Shown: piece after piece, positions 1 to 8,651 of the stretch | How the letters are laid out: each line of letters opens with the position of its first letter | Numbering within the stretch: the stretch's first letter is position 1 | From: Candidatus Nanohaloarchaea archaeon | GTDB lineage: Archaea; Nanohalarchaeota; Nanosalinia; Nanosalinales; Nanosalinaceae | NCBI GenBank assembly: GCA_041639695.1 | Contig: JBEQBQ010000010.1 | Span: 1-34,256, forward strand | DNA: 34,256 nucleotides | Direction of reading: 5' to 3' | The notes under the pieces: generated by a model | What the model saw: the letters and a program-made list of their open reading frames with translations, nothing else | The model's database searches: none | Told to the model about the DNA's origin: nothing | Translations under genes and position numbers: made by a program

Positions 1-325
1 TGCCATCAATTTGACCTGTGTAGTTAATAGGCATCATTCTGAGATCGAGATCAGTTGTTGATCCTGGCCAGAGAGCTTCTTTGTTGGAGAATGATTCTTC
101 CGTACGGTTCTTGAAACTGTAGTAAGCCGCCACCCTGTAACTACAACCTAGAGAACCTGTATTTGTTACTGTTGTTGAGGCCGATGGAGGAAAAGATTCA
201 TTCAGTTTAATATCGTGTGTTGAAACCCCGGTTTTAGTATCGACGGTTACATCAAAGGTTAGTGCTGTAGCACCACTTAAGAGAAGTAGTATCGTTGCGA
301 TTAGCATGACTAATTTCTTCTTCAT
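1..325 (-). CDS. Secreted/surface protein, N-terminal part (runs off the window edge; not in the ORF track)
   Basis: Read by hand from ATG 325, which forms an ATGA overlap with the stop of 322..639: MKKKLVMLIATILLLLSGATA|LTFDVTVDTKTGV...TVTNTGSLGC...LWPGSTTDL. Signal peptide, Ig-like 'NTG...L.PG' pattern, no stop before base 1. Confidence 0.8.
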   Translation of the reverse strand, partial: MKKKLVMLIATILLLLSGATALTFDVTVDTKTGVSTHDIKLNESFPPSASTTVTNTGSLGCSYRVAAYYSFKNRTEESFSNKEALWPGSTTDLDLRMMPINYTGQIDG

Positions 326-639
326 AGATACCTTGCACCCGCTATACCCAGTATTATCTCGACCGGTATTAATAATATCGGAAGATTCAAAGTGAGAGTG
401 ACTAAAACAGCTGCAGAAGTCAAAACCAGAGAGGAAACTATCATAGGGTCTATATCATAGTTAAGCATTACAACCCCAACAAAAATTATAGAAAGGATTA
501 AAGGGTAGAAAGGAATTGATATCTCCTGCCACCCTGGAACCGACCTAATCTTAACCGCATCACCTAAGATCGGAAGAGCGTAACCCCGGGACATAAAGAA
601 GATAATAGAAAGTATTGAGAGAGTTTTGCGCCTCATCAT
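322..639 (-). CDS. Small membrane protein
   Basis: Mostly hydrophobic 105-aa ORF, overlapping its neighbours on both sides in an operon. Confidence 0.65.
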   Translation of the reverse strand: MMRRKTLSILSIIFFMSRGYALPILGDAVKIRSVPGWQEISIPFYPLILSIIFVGVVMLNYDIDPMIVSSLVLTSAAVLVTLTLNLPILLIPVEIILGIAGARYL

Positions 640-1121
640 TACAGACCGATAGAGGTCTTAACTTTGTGCCAAGCTTCTCCCAGGTCGCCTTCCGGTACTT
701 TTATTGTCAGTCCAAGCTGGCCTGTGTAGTTACCTGTTTCCGTAGATTTGTAGTGAAGCTTTAGCTGTTCTTGGCCCTCAAGTTTCATGTTCTTTTTGTA
801 CTCAAGACCCTCGCTAATGTTGCCGGCAACCTCTACGTTTAGGTAAGCCGTTTTTTCTCCAGTATCGAGATTAACAAATTTCGTTATGTTTGTTCCTAGT
901 TGGGTTCTACCGAAGTCAAGATTGGGGTCAGCATTTACTCCCACCGTTGTGTTTTCTGATCCGGATTCAACTACGTTAATCGACATGTTCATTTTTTTGT
1001 TCTGAGTTTCTATTTGGGATTCTGCTGTGATGGCGACTGCCGCGGAAGCTAAAAAGGTTATAATTAGAAATCCTACGCCGACTTTTTTCCGGTCAATATT
1101 GAAATCCATTATATTATACAC
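639..1121 (-). CDS. Membrane-anchored/secreted Ig-like protein (LDFG motif)
   Basis: N-terminal hydrophobic helix, 'GVNADPNLDFG' and a terminal 'GNYTGQLGLTIK' strand; overlaps the upstream gene. Confidence 0.75.
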   Translation of the reverse strand: MYNIMDFNIDRKKVGVGFLIITFLASAAVAITAESQIETQNKKMNMSINVVESGSENTTVGVNADPNLDFGRTQLGTNITKFVNLDTGEKTAYLNVEVAGNISEGLEYKKNMKLEGQEQLKLHYKSTETGNYTGQLGLTIKVPEGDLGEAWHKVKTSIGL

Positions 1122-2202
1122 CGTAATATATTATTGAGGCTACAGTTGTTATAAGGACTGCGGCTATTGGCAGGGATACAACTGACTGGATAAACAGCAA
1201 AGCAACCCCAAGAATTCCTACAATACCAAATATCCAGACTGCTCTAAGCTCAAAAGCGTATAAAATGGAGGCTAAGGCTGCAAAGACCAGAGCATACATC
1301 CAAACAGGCAGACCAGATTCAGAACCTTCTTCCGTCTCTGCCGGATTTTCCACCTCAACCTTATCCTGTATAATATCAGTAAAACTTATATCGCCCTCAA
1401 TATATGCATCAGAGGTTCTATAATTAGCCATTCCTTCTAATTCATAATTTCCTCCGTCAATATTGCCTCTCCAGATACCCGTAATCTCTCCAAACTCGCC
1501 CGGCTCCAACTTGACTTCATTAAAGTTTACGACCCCAACCCTTCGTCCATTTTCAACAACTGTGGCGTTCCCATCCGTGATCGCTGTTGTAACAGTACCA
1601 GTGTTTCTCATCTGTGCAATTACCTGAACTTCATTCTCTCCTATTCTAATCCCTCTAAGATCAGCAAGCTCCACCTCTCTTTCAGCATTGCCGTCTACCC
1701 TGAAAACAAACCTAGGTACTGTAAGTCCGAGTGTTGAAGTACCGTAACCCGAACCTGTCGCTCTATCCAGTTGCGGATTGAGATTAACCGTTCCAACGTG
1801 GTAGCCCGGCTCAGCATCATTCGGGATATTGAGACTGAACGTCATCTTACCCTGTGCATTAATTTTGCCTTCAGAGTAACTGTACTCTCTGGTAGTATTG
1901 GGGTTTATACTATAATCTTGCTGGAAATCTGCCCATGATTCAAATTCTTCCTCCGATACTTCATCCGGTTCAGTAAACTGTCCCGAAAAAATATCTGAAG
2001 TTATTGGCTTTCCTAGATTTGGTTGAAGATCGAATACGTTATCCACATCGCTGGTAACAACATAGAATGTAATGTCAAGGCTTTGACCGGGTTCAACAGC
2101 ACCTAAGTCTTTGAAACCGGGAGCCACCCCAACTGAAACTGATGCTACCGTTGAGACCATAAAAATCAATAACAGGATTACTGAAAGCTTTCTTCTCATC
2201 AC
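1114..2202 (-). CDS. Membrane-anchored two-Ig-domain surface protein (architecture like DUF916/DUF3324 WxL-interacting or COG1470 proteins)
   Basis: Signal peptide; 'VEPGQ', 'FSLNIPNDAEPGYHVG', 'MRNTG...LEPGE...W...GNYEL'; C-terminal TM helices. Family assigned by motif recall only. ATG 2199 is an alternative start. Confidence 0.6.
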   Translation of the reverse strand: MMRRKLSVILLLIFMVSTVASVSVGVAPGFKDLGAVEPGQSLDITFYVVTSDVDNVFDLQPNLGKPITSDIFSGQFTEPDEVSEEEFESWADFQQDYSINPNTTREYSYSEGKINAQGKMTFSLNIPNDAEPGYHVGTVNLNPQLDRATGSGYGTSTLGLTVPRFVFRVDGNAEREVELADLRGIRIGENEVQVIAQMRNTGTVTTAITDGNATVVENGRRVGVVNFNEVKLEPGEFGEITGIWRGNIDGGNYELEGMANYRTSDAYIEGDISFTDIIQDKVEVENPAETEEGSESGLPVWMYALVFAALASILYAFELRAVWIFGIVGILGVALLFIQSVVSLPIAAVLITTVASIIYYGV

Positions 2203-2284
2203 TGTCCAAAAATAAGAATCACCTAATTAAATAGGTTTGATCTGGTTTCTAACAATTTGACGTCAACCCTTGTCATCCCCACCA

Positions 2285-2297
2285 ACCTTTTTATACA
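2285..2297 (+). promoter_or_regulatory. TATA box (TTTTATA) for the major surface protein gene, implying a ~200-nt leader
   Basis: TTTTATA at 2289-2295; SD GAGGTGA at 2515-2521 before ATG 2526. Confidence 0.5.
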
Positions 2298-2525
2298 AGC
2301 CCCGGGAATTCAGCTCTAGGGGAGTTTTAACATGGGGAGAAAAACTCAAAGTGGTTGAAACATGTCAAGAAGCAAAGTAGATCGAAGAGAACTCTTCCCA
2401 GTATACAGTACCCCTAGATATTTCTCTTTTCATCCAGCTGAAGGGTTAGCTGATCAGTGTGAACCCGATTCTAGACCCTATAGGGCTGGACTCAAAACCC
2501 CCAAAAATAAAATAGAGGTGATTAA

Positions 2526-3593
2526 ATGAACAAGAAAGTGCTTACAGCACTAGCAGTTCTTTCACTAGTCGCTATGTCTGGCTCCGCAGCCGCACAGGGA
2601 AACGAGTCATCAACAGTTGATGTTTCAGTTTCTAGCAAAGTAGCAGTTGACGTCAAGCCAGCAAGCCTAACCTACTCAGACGTAGGTGTAGGAACCCAGT
2701 CAACCGCCTCAGACAGAGATTTCAAAGCTGTTGAAGTAGAGAACATCGGATCTGAGTACGTTGACAGAGTATGGGTAAACGCGACAAGTCCTAGCGATTC
2801 TCCTTTCGGATCCGGATCAGCAGGTCAGTACGACGCAGGTAACTTCCTACAAGTCAAACCTGCAAACTACTCAAGCAAGTTGAGCGGAGACGATCAGGAC
2901 TTCCACTACGTCAACAGAAGGGAATTTATCGCAAACGAAGATAACAACGCACAAGTACCTTCCTACATTCAGACAGACGGAGATTGGAAGCTAGCAGGAT
3001 CCTCAAGTACAACTGATCCAACAAACGTTTGGGTCGGCAGAATGAGGATGGGAGACAGTAACTACTTCTTCGCAATCGGATCTTCATCCAGTAGTTGTGA
3101 TACAGACAACGCAGGAACACCAGTTATGAGGATTGCGAACACCCCTCAGGACGATGACCAGATTGGTACAGTCGACTTCTCCAACGCAGGAGATGACTGG
3201 ACCCAGTACAACATTACGTCATCGACTACTGATTACGGTCTGACAGGCTCAGGTCCTAACTCCATCAACGGAGTAAACCTATCACTTGGCACAGGAGCCA
3301 GTGAAGTTAACAGGACTTACGACGTCTTGACGGACTGTGATGACACCAACCCACACGTTATCAGAACTCGTTACAACGCTCAGGCTGGAGATGCATCAGA
3401 TCTGACAACTGACGGAGTCAGAACTTCTTACCTACTGAGCTCAGTAGGAAACTCTGACGGCATGCTTGAGCCAGGTAACGCAGTCACTCTCAACACTGCT
3501 GTGGAAGTTCCCCAGGGTGTTGCTCAGGGTAACGTTGGACAAGGTAAGTTGACTGTCCTAATTACGGCTGACACATCTCAGGACACAAGTTAA
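2526..3593 (+). CDS. Major secreted surface protein / putative fibre subunit
   Basis: Class I signal peptide (…SGSAAA|Q), D/S/T/G/N-rich, strong SD, C-ending codon bias typical of high expression, no C-terminal anchor. Confidence 0.75.
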   Translation: MNKKVLTALAVLSLVAMSGSAAAQGNESSTVDVSVSSKVAVDVKPASLTYSDVGVGTQSTASDRDFKAVEVENIGSEYVDRVWVNATSPSDSPFGSGSAGQYDAGNFLQVKPANYSSKLSGDDQDFHYVNRREFIANEDNNAQVPSYIQTDGDWKLAGSSSTTDPTNVWVGRMRMGDSNYFFAIGSSSSSCDTDNAGTPVMRIANTPQDDDQIGTVDFSNAGDDWTQYNITSSTTDYGLTGSGPNSINGVNLSLGTGASEVNRTYDVLTDCDDTNPHVIRTRYNAQAGDASDLTTDGVRTSYLLSSVGNSDGMLEPGNAVTLNTAVEVPQGVAQGNVGQGKLTVLITADTSQDTS

Positions 3594-3625
3594 GCTGAGT
3601 AAGTCAGTCTGATCAAAAAAACCAC

Positions 3626-3650
3626 ATTTCCTTTTCTTCTTTATCTTCCG
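3626..3650 (+). terminator. Pyrimidine/T-rich archaeal terminator
   Basis: TTTCCTTTTCTTCTTTATCTT shortly after the stop at 3593. Confidence 0.45.
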
Positions 3651-3713
3651 ACTAAAGTTGAAGAATTAATGTAGAAAATCGGTTTTTTATTCAGTCTTTC
3701 TCAATCTTATTCT

Positions 3714-4724
3714 ATGACGAACAAGTACATGGAGCTCTCGGAGGAAGAGATGGCCGAGAAGGCTGACGAGTTCCAGGAAAAAATCCACACGATGGAGAAA
3801 GAAGTTCAGAAAGGTTATATTGGGCAGGAAGACGTTATCCACAAAATCCTTCTATGCATGGTCGCGAACGGGAACATCCTGCTTGAAGGCGTTCCCGGTT
3901 TAGGAAAGTCGTTCCTTGTTGAAACTTTAGCAAGGGTTGTGGAAAACACTGAGATGCATCGTATCCAGTTCACACCGGACAAGCTTCCTTCCGATATTGT
4001 GGGTACCGAGGCGTACAACGAGGATAAAGGTTTCTACGTTGAGAAAGGCCCTATTTTTGCTAACTTCATTCTTGCTGACGAGATCAACAGAGCGCCTCCA
4101 AAAGTTCAGAGTGCGATGCTTGAAGCTATGCAGGAGCACAAGGTTTCTATCGGCGATGAAACGTTTAACTTGCCGGAGCCTTTCTTTACCATGGCAACGC
4201 AGAACCCTGTCGAGCAGGGCGGAACATATCCTTTACCTGAGGCTCAGATCGACCGCTTCCTCTTCAAGATTTACCTAGACTATCCGAAGAAGCATAATGA
4301 GCAGAAGATTATCGACATGAACGCCAACATCATGGATGACGAGGACTTCGATGTTAATGCTGTAGTCACCAAACAGGATGTTTTGGATATCCAGGACTTT
4401 TCACAGGTAGTTACTGTTTCGGACGAGATCAAGGCTTACATCGTTGACCTTGTCGATGCCTCAAGAAACCCGGGAGATTACGGCATGGAGTACTCAGAGT
4501 ACATCGACTGGGGTTGCACTCCGAGGGCTTCGATCAACCTTGCCTTAGCGGGCAGGGCGAACGCCCTCTACAACGGTCGACATTACGTCACACCAGATGA
4601 TATCAGGGCGGTAATCAAGGACGTCTTCATCCACAGGATCATCCTGAACTACGAGGGAGAAGCCCAGGGACTTGAAGTCGAGGACGTTATCCAGAATATT
4701 GTCGACAGGGTTCCGGTGCGGTGA
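3714..4724 (+). CDS. moxR: MoxR-family AAA+ ATPase
   Basis: LLEGVPGLGKS Walker A, RIQFTPD, ILADEINRAPPKVQSAMLEAM, ATQNPVEQGGTYPLPEAQIDRF. Confidence 0.95.
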   Translation: MTNKYMELSEEEMAEKADEFQEKIHTMEKEVQKGYIGQEDVIHKILLCMVANGNILLEGVPGLGKSFLVETLARVVENTEMHRIQFTPDKLPSDIVGTEAYNEDKGFYVEKGPIFANFILADEINRAPPKVQSAMLEAMQEHKVSIGDETFNLPEPFFTMATQNPVEQGGTYPLPEAQIDRFLFKIYLDYPKKHNEQKIIDMNANIMDDEDFDVNAVVTKQDVLDIQDFSQVVTVSDEIKAYIVDLVDASRNPGDYGMEYSEYIDWGCTPRASINLALAGRANALYNGRHYVTPDDIRAVIKDVFIHRIILNYEGEAQGLEVEDVIQNIVDRVPVR

Positions 4725-4728
4725 TCTC

Positions 4729-5622
4729 ATGCCCGACGTCGAGGACTATATATCAAGGAAAGAAATCAGGGATGAGCTGGACGCCGAAGTCAAACGTGTA
4801 TCCTCACTGTTTAGATTCGTGCTGAAGTACCAGCGCCACTTCCAACCTTCAGGCGTAGAATTCTCAGGTCTTCGACAGTATCTTCCTTCAGATGACGCAT
4901 CGAGAATTGACTGGAAGAACTCAGCAGGGAAAGAGGACATGTACGTCAAGCAGTACGAGGAGGAGCTTGACATGGATATCTTTATTGTCTTCGATGCCTC
5001 CGACACGATGCTTTTCGGTACCGCTGAAAAGCTTAAGTCGGAGTACGCCGCTGTGGTTTCAGCTGCATTAGCCTTTGCCTCGATTGAGGCAGGTATAAGC
5101 GTCGGTTTTGGTATGTGGTCTGACGGCCAACAGATCTTCATGACCCCTCAGGGCGGACACGACAGATACCAGAGAATTCTTGACGAACTTACCAAGCAGG
5201 ATAATTACGGCGGAACATTCAATCTTGAGAACGCGATAAACGATGTTATCGGCCAGATTAAGGAGAACACAGCTATCTTCGTGGTTTCAGATCTTCTTGA
5301 AGTCGAGGGCGAATGGAAGTCGAAGGTAACCTTGGCCTCGATGAAATTCAGGCATACGATGACTATCATGGTCAGGGATTTGAGAGACTACCAGCTACCT
5401 GACTCCGGCAATATCCGTTTCGAGTCAGCTGACGGCATGAAACAGATGGTTGTAGATACCGGAAGTGTGAGAGAGGATTACAACCAAGAGGCGCAGAAAC
5501 AGGAGAAAGAATTAGAAGAGAAAGTTGAAGGCGCCGGCTCAAGCTTCCTGAAAATCGATACCAGAAAGAAGTTCTCCTCGAGGTTCGCGGAGTTCTTCGA
5601 CAACGACGAGGGCGAATGGTAG
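4729..5622 (+). CDS. DUF58 domain (vWA-like) protein
   Basis: GVEFSGLRQY..SDD.SRIDWK and DAS.TM motifs. Start moved to ATG 4729 because SD GGTGA overlaps the moxR stop. Confidence 0.9.
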   Translation: MPDVEDYISRKEIRDELDAEVKRVSSLFRFVLKYQRHFQPSGVEFSGLRQYLPSDDASRIDWKNSAGKEDMYVKQYEEELDMDIFIVFDASDTMLFGTAEKLKSEYAAVVSAALAFASIEAGISVGFGMWSDGQQIFMTPQGGHDRYQRILDELTKQDNYGGTFNLENAINDVIGQIKENTAIFVVSDLLEVEGEWKSKVTLASMKFRHTMTIMVRDLRDYQLPDSGNIRFESADGMKQMVVDTGSVREDYNQEAQKQEKELEEKVEGAGSSFLKIDTRKKFSSRFAEFFDNDEGEW

Positions 5623-5623
5623 C

Positions 5624-6574
5624 ATGCAGTTAATATTCACAGACCAGTACGCTTCCCTATTACTTGTTTTGAATGCATTAGCGCTTTTGTTCTACTTTGG
5701 AGCTAAGAAAAAGAAAAGGCAGAGAGCTATGAAGTTCGGTAACTACAAAACTCTGCAGAAAGTGGCAGGTAAGAACTTCCTGAAATCAAGCAACGTCATT
5801 CTAGTTACAAGGATGCTTGCTTTAAGCGCTTTGATTCTCGGTCTTTCCCAGCCTGTTATTGTCCAGGAGACCATGGCGTCCGACTCGGATTACATTATAG
5901 CTTTAGACTCCTCAAGTTCGATGCTTGAATCAGATTTAGAGCCTACCCGGTTTAGAGCTTCGAAAACAATTTCACAGAACTTTATCTCACAACTTTCAAA
6001 CCAGACACAGGTGGGTGCAGTAAGCTTTGCAGGAGAGGTTAACAAGGAATCAGGTCTAACTCCGGACAAACAGGAGGCTTCTATGGCTATTGAAAATGCC
6101 GAGATAGGTTCTACGGCCGGTACCGCTATAGGAGATGCGCTTTACACTTCTAGCTCGATGCTTCTAGAGACAAACAGGTCTAGAACAGTTATACTGATTA
6201 CAGACGGACGTAATAATGTTGGAAGCCCTGTAAACGAATCGGTTGATTTTGCGAAGAGCCACAACGTAGAGATTAACACGGTAGGTATCGGAGAGTCAAA
6301 CCGTTCTACTGATAACTTTGGAACGGTAGACGGACAGAATGCTTCCAGAGCGGAGTTTCCTAACCTAAACGCTTCCAAGCTTAGAAGAATATCAAATTCG
6401 ACAGGCGGCAAGTTCGTAGCCGCTTCCAACAGTTCGGCTCTAGAAAACGCTTTCCTGAGTTTCGAACAGACGGATGAGAGAACTCCTATCTCCCGTTACT
6501 TGATCCTGATTGCGGCAGCTCTACTCCTAATAGAATGGATACTGGGAACCACCCGGTACAGCATCCTACCGTAA
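5624..6574 (+). CDS. BatA-like membrane vWA domain protein
   Basis: N-terminal TM pair, MIDAS DSSSS, GTAIGDAL, LITDG, C-terminal TM 'LLLIEW'. Confidence 0.9.
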   Translation: MQLIFTDQYASLLLVLNALALLFYFGAKKKKRQRAMKFGNYKTLQKVAGKNFLKSSNVILVTRMLALSALILGLSQPVIVQETMASDSDYIIALDSSSSMLESDLEPTRFRASKTISQNFISQLSNQTQVGAVSFAGEVNKESGLTPDKQEASMAIENAEIGSTAGTAIGDALYTSSSMLLETNRSRTVILITDGRNNVGSPVNESVDFAKSHNVEINTVGIGESNRSTDNFGTVDGQNASRAEFPNLNASKLRRISNSTGGKFVAASNSSALENAFLSFEQTDERTPISRYLILIAAALLLIEWILGTTRYSILP

Positions 6575-6605
6575 ACCCTTATTTAACACCTCCTAAATAT
6601 GATTC

Positions 6606-8126
6606 ATGACCGAGGAAACCAGCGAAGGGCTTGAGCCAGACGAAGTCATTAATATCGTCAAAGGAACAGTACCCGAACTTAAAGATGAATTAAAGGATAG
6701 AGACTTTTCTCATGAAGAGCTTCAAAAAATATTAAGATCCGAACAAGCCCTTAAAAACAGGAAGACCGCTAAAAATTTTATAAATAAACAAATTAACGCT
6801 CTAGAAGTCAAAGAAGAACTAAACGGTGCCGAAGAAGATATAGAAGAACTCGAACAACACTTAAACAATATTGAAGACATAGAAGGATTTCATACAGCGG
6901 CAGAAGCCTCAGACCTTAACTCAGACAAACTTTTAGAGATCGCTAACTCAACAGTGGAAGAACTCGAGGATTTCCTTGACTCGAACAAGATAACAAGAGA
7001 CAACTTGGAAACACTTCTAAGTATTGAAAAAGATGCCAAGAACCGTCAAACTGCAATAAATCTTCTGGAACGACGGATCGAAAAAAGGAAGGGCGAAGAA
7101 AAACTAGAAGAAGCGGAGGACGACCTAGAAAAGTTTGAAAACGATCTAGAAAATCTGGACCCCGAGGAACTATCGGAAGAAGCTCTAGACGATAAGGAGG
7201 ATGAAACAAAATCCGAAGAGAAAGACGAAGAAACAACTGATGTCGAAGAGGAAGAGTCAGAGGACGAAGCAGATGAAGAACCTGAGGAAGAAAGGGAAGA
7301 TGAAGCCGAGCCTGAAACCCAGGAAGAACGGGATTCTGAGGAAAGTAATTCAGAAGAAGATGAAGTTTCGGAGCTGGAAAAGAAAAAAGAAATTGCCGAA
7401 GGTTTGGAACTACCTGAGGGCGTTGAACTTGAGGAAATCAGCCTTGAAGACTTGAAGGAGCTTGAAAACGAAAAGCAGGAGAGAGAAGAGATAATCCAAG
7501 AACTAATGAAGAAAGGGCTTGACGAAGAAGACCTTCGTAATACTTCGACCTCGGACCTCGAAACAATCAAAGAGGAGATGTCAGAACAAGAAAACAGTTC
7601 AGAGGAAGAAAGTTCAGAAGATAGTGAGGAAGAAGAAGAGGAGCAGGACAGTGAGGAATTAAAGGAGGAGGCAGAACACGATCTGGAAATGCTGATGGGA
7701 GCTGTAAAGGACAAGAGTGATGGCGCAGAAGAAGATTCAGGGCCCGATCCGATGGAGCAGCTTAGGGACGTTAAATCCAAAGTTCGGAATGTGTTCAATC
7801 GTGGCGGCGATGACAGCGGCTCCGAAGAACGGATTAAAGCTGAAGACGTAACCGAACTTCTCGAAGATTATAGACAGGAAGATAAAAGAAAGGCGGCTAT
7901 CAAGACCGCCCAAATTATGAAAGGATACCTCGAGTACTCTAAAGGAATTGAAAGGGAGATGACATATATGGAGCTATCGGAAAACCTTGAATCAGATTCT
8001 GAGGCCATGGATAAGCTGAAAAGCTTCTTCGAAAGAATGAACAAAGATCAGTATACAGGAAACATAAGAGAGGACGACATAGACGAGGTTATCGACTGTG
8101 CCGAAGAAGTGGTTAACACAGGTTAG
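6606..8126 (+). CDS. Very acidic protein with an N-terminal duplicated helical domain and a Bat-operon-type C-terminal helical domain
   Basis: 95-aa tandem repeat (TV.EL…E..KNR.TA), E/D-rich linker, C-terminal 'KGYLE..KGI.REMT..EL…KDQY'. Confidence 0.75.
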   Translation: MTEETSEGLEPDEVINIVKGTVPELKDELKDRDFSHEELQKILRSEQALKNRKTAKNFINKQINALEVKEELNGAEEDIEELEQHLNNIEDIEGFHTAAEASDLNSDKLLEIANSTVEELEDFLDSNKITRDNLETLLSIEKDAKNRQTAINLLERRIEKRKGEEKLEEAEDDLEKFENDLENLDPEELSEEALDDKEDETKSEEKDEETTDVEEEESEDEADEEPEEEREDEAEPETQEERDSEESNSEEDEVSELEKKKEIAEGLELPEGVELEEISLEDLKELENEKQEREEIIQELMKKGLDEEDLRNTSTSDLETIKEEMSEQENSSEEESSEDSEEEEEEQDSEELKEEAEHDLEMLMGAVKDKSDGAEEDSGPDPMEQLRDVKSKVRNVFNRGGDDSGSEERIKAEDVTELLEDYRQEDKRKAAIKTAQIMKGYLEYSKGIEREMTYMELSENLESDSEAMDKLKSFFERMNKDQYTGNIREDDIDEVIDCAEEVVNTG

Positions 8127-8129
8127 AAA

Positions 8130-8651
8130 ATGAACCCTCCAAAGTATTTAGAAGATCTTGAAAGTTCCGAAAGAAGAAAAAATTATTTCAGACATCTTAC
8201 GATATCATTTTCTATAGTATTCTCTTTTCTGATAATTGGGCCTCTAGTCCATGAAGCAGCCCACTTAGGAGTACTGATTGCACAAAACTGTAGTTTTTCA
8301 ACCAGTTTTAGTCTATCCTGGTTCAAAGGACTTTACGCATCAGTAACTCCTTTTTGTTCACCTGAGGCATTCGGTGTATCTGTTTTCTATCTTTCCGGCT
8401 ATCTTACAACACTCGGTTTTTCCGCAATAATGCTTCTGCCCGAGAAGTTCAGAGAACATTTGTCAGCTATAGCCGTAGGTTCCTCGCTTTCGATACTCAT
8501 TACGATAGGTTCGAAGGGAGATATACAGAACCTTGTTGAAGCTTCAGGGATCGGCAGTCCGATGGTTTTCACGGCTTTGCTTGTTATTCCTACTCTGATA
8601 GTCAGCCTTCTCGGGGTAAAGAGGATAGTGGAGTTAGAAGGGCAGGAATGA
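8130..8651 (+). CDS. Membrane zinc metallopeptidase (M50/M50B-like)
   Basis: HEAAH at the end of a TM helix, a later 'SKGD' Asp, several TM segments. Confidence 0.6.
   Translation: MNPPKYLEDLESSERRKNYFRHLTISFSIVFSFLIIGPLVHEAAHLGVLIAQNCSFSTSFSLSWFKGLYASVTPFCSPEAFGVSVFYLSGYLTTLGFSAIMLLPEKFREHLSAIAVGSSLSILITIGSKGDIQNLVEASGIGSPMVFTALLVIPTLIVSLLGVKRIVELEGQE

Noticed and set aside
2526-3593. Type IV pilin/archaellin or haloarchaeal PGF-CTERM S-layer glycoprotein
   Set aside because: Class I rather than class III signal peptide; no Thr-rich/PGF/TM tail; no assembly ATPase of that type nearby
4672-4728. Upstream TTG start for the DUF58 gene
   Set aside because: Lies inside moxR; ATG 4729 has a GGTGA SD
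7046-7798. 250-aa Ser-rich minus-strand ORF, and similar antisense ORFs (e.g. 21366-21887, 32082-32579)
   Set aside because: Shadows of GAA/GAG-rich or well-conserved genes on the opposite strand, with no independent signals
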